Source of the DNA: Azolla caroliniana
Lineage: Eukaryota > Plantae > Polypodiophyta
NCBI GenBank assembly: GCA_043228905.1
Contig: JBHGNT010000020.1
Coordinates: 2,294,001-2,358,000 of the forward strand
Direction: 5' to 3'
Length of the DNA stretch: 64,000 nt
The translations under genes were made by a program, and so were the position numbers. The notes under the pieces are model-generated. The model was not told the origin of the DNA. It saw nothing but the letters and a program-made list of their open reading frames with translations, and searched no databases. Position 1 is the first letter of the stretch; every line of letters begins with the position of its first letter. This document shows, in pieces, positions 63,790-64,000 of the stretch.

Positions 63790-64000
63790 CCGATTGCAAG
63801 CACGACAAGGGCGGAGCCCAACCCACTAACTCAAGAAGAGCCCATCGTACCCAGACCACTCACACACGGCGACGGCGACTCCGGGAGAAACCAGCCCGAC
63901 CAAACAGAGGAGCCACACCACGATGCACCTATAGGCCCTACATCACCTCCGGACGAGGACACCACAGCAGAGCCGAACATCCGGGCCATTTTGGAAGAAG

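Larger units (their letters stand above)
39636..64000 (+). mobile_element. Non-chromovirus Ty3/gypsy element H with long 3' extra ORF; rearranged and interrupted; 3' LTR not in window
   Basis: 5' LTR 39636-39798 + 43645-43919; PBS-like TGGCACACTTGGTG (tRNA-Arg-like, degenerate); gag 44208-44667 continuing inverted at 49706-48275 (three Zn knuckles, VIDGGSGVN protease); RT FLDD 55050-55937 + 58928-; RH; IN to 60895. Confidence 0.85.

Noticed and set aside
1-64000. Host protein-coding genes among the many short ORFs
   Set aside because: All recognisable ORFs map to TE domains, LTRs or their shadow frames.

Overview
This is a gene-free block of land-plant heterochromatin, probably from a bryophyte or lycophyte (inferred from Tcn1-type chromoviruses, TTTAGGG/TTAGGG repeats and heavy CG/CHG deamination). 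It consists almost entirely of nested transposable elements whose LTR pairs and target-site duplications (TSDs) can be read from the sequence. These include an RTE-type LINE, at least five Ty1/copia elements, three Tcn1-like chromoviruses, four tRNA-Trp-primed gag or gag-protease-only Ty3/gypsy derivatives, a long Ty3/gypsy with a 3' extra ORF, three solo LTRs, and a TIR element carrying an array of ~53-bp palindromes. The most unusual feature is a 2.77-kb non-coding insert (51055-53820) that carries a minimal type I hammerhead ribozyme and telomeric repeats, has ~164-bp terminal direct repeats, and is flanked by a 316-bp target duplication; it is a candidate non-autonomous Penelope-like or retrozyme element. 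Also notable are tRNA-like Pol III A/B-box cassettes inside the LTRs of several unrelated gypsy families, a gypsy lineage whose 4-bp TSDs are all centred on CG, and a 5-kb microhomology-mediated inversion that creates reciprocal gypsy/copia chimeric ORFs. No host protein-coding genes were recognised. Coordinates were read by eye and may be off by a few bases.
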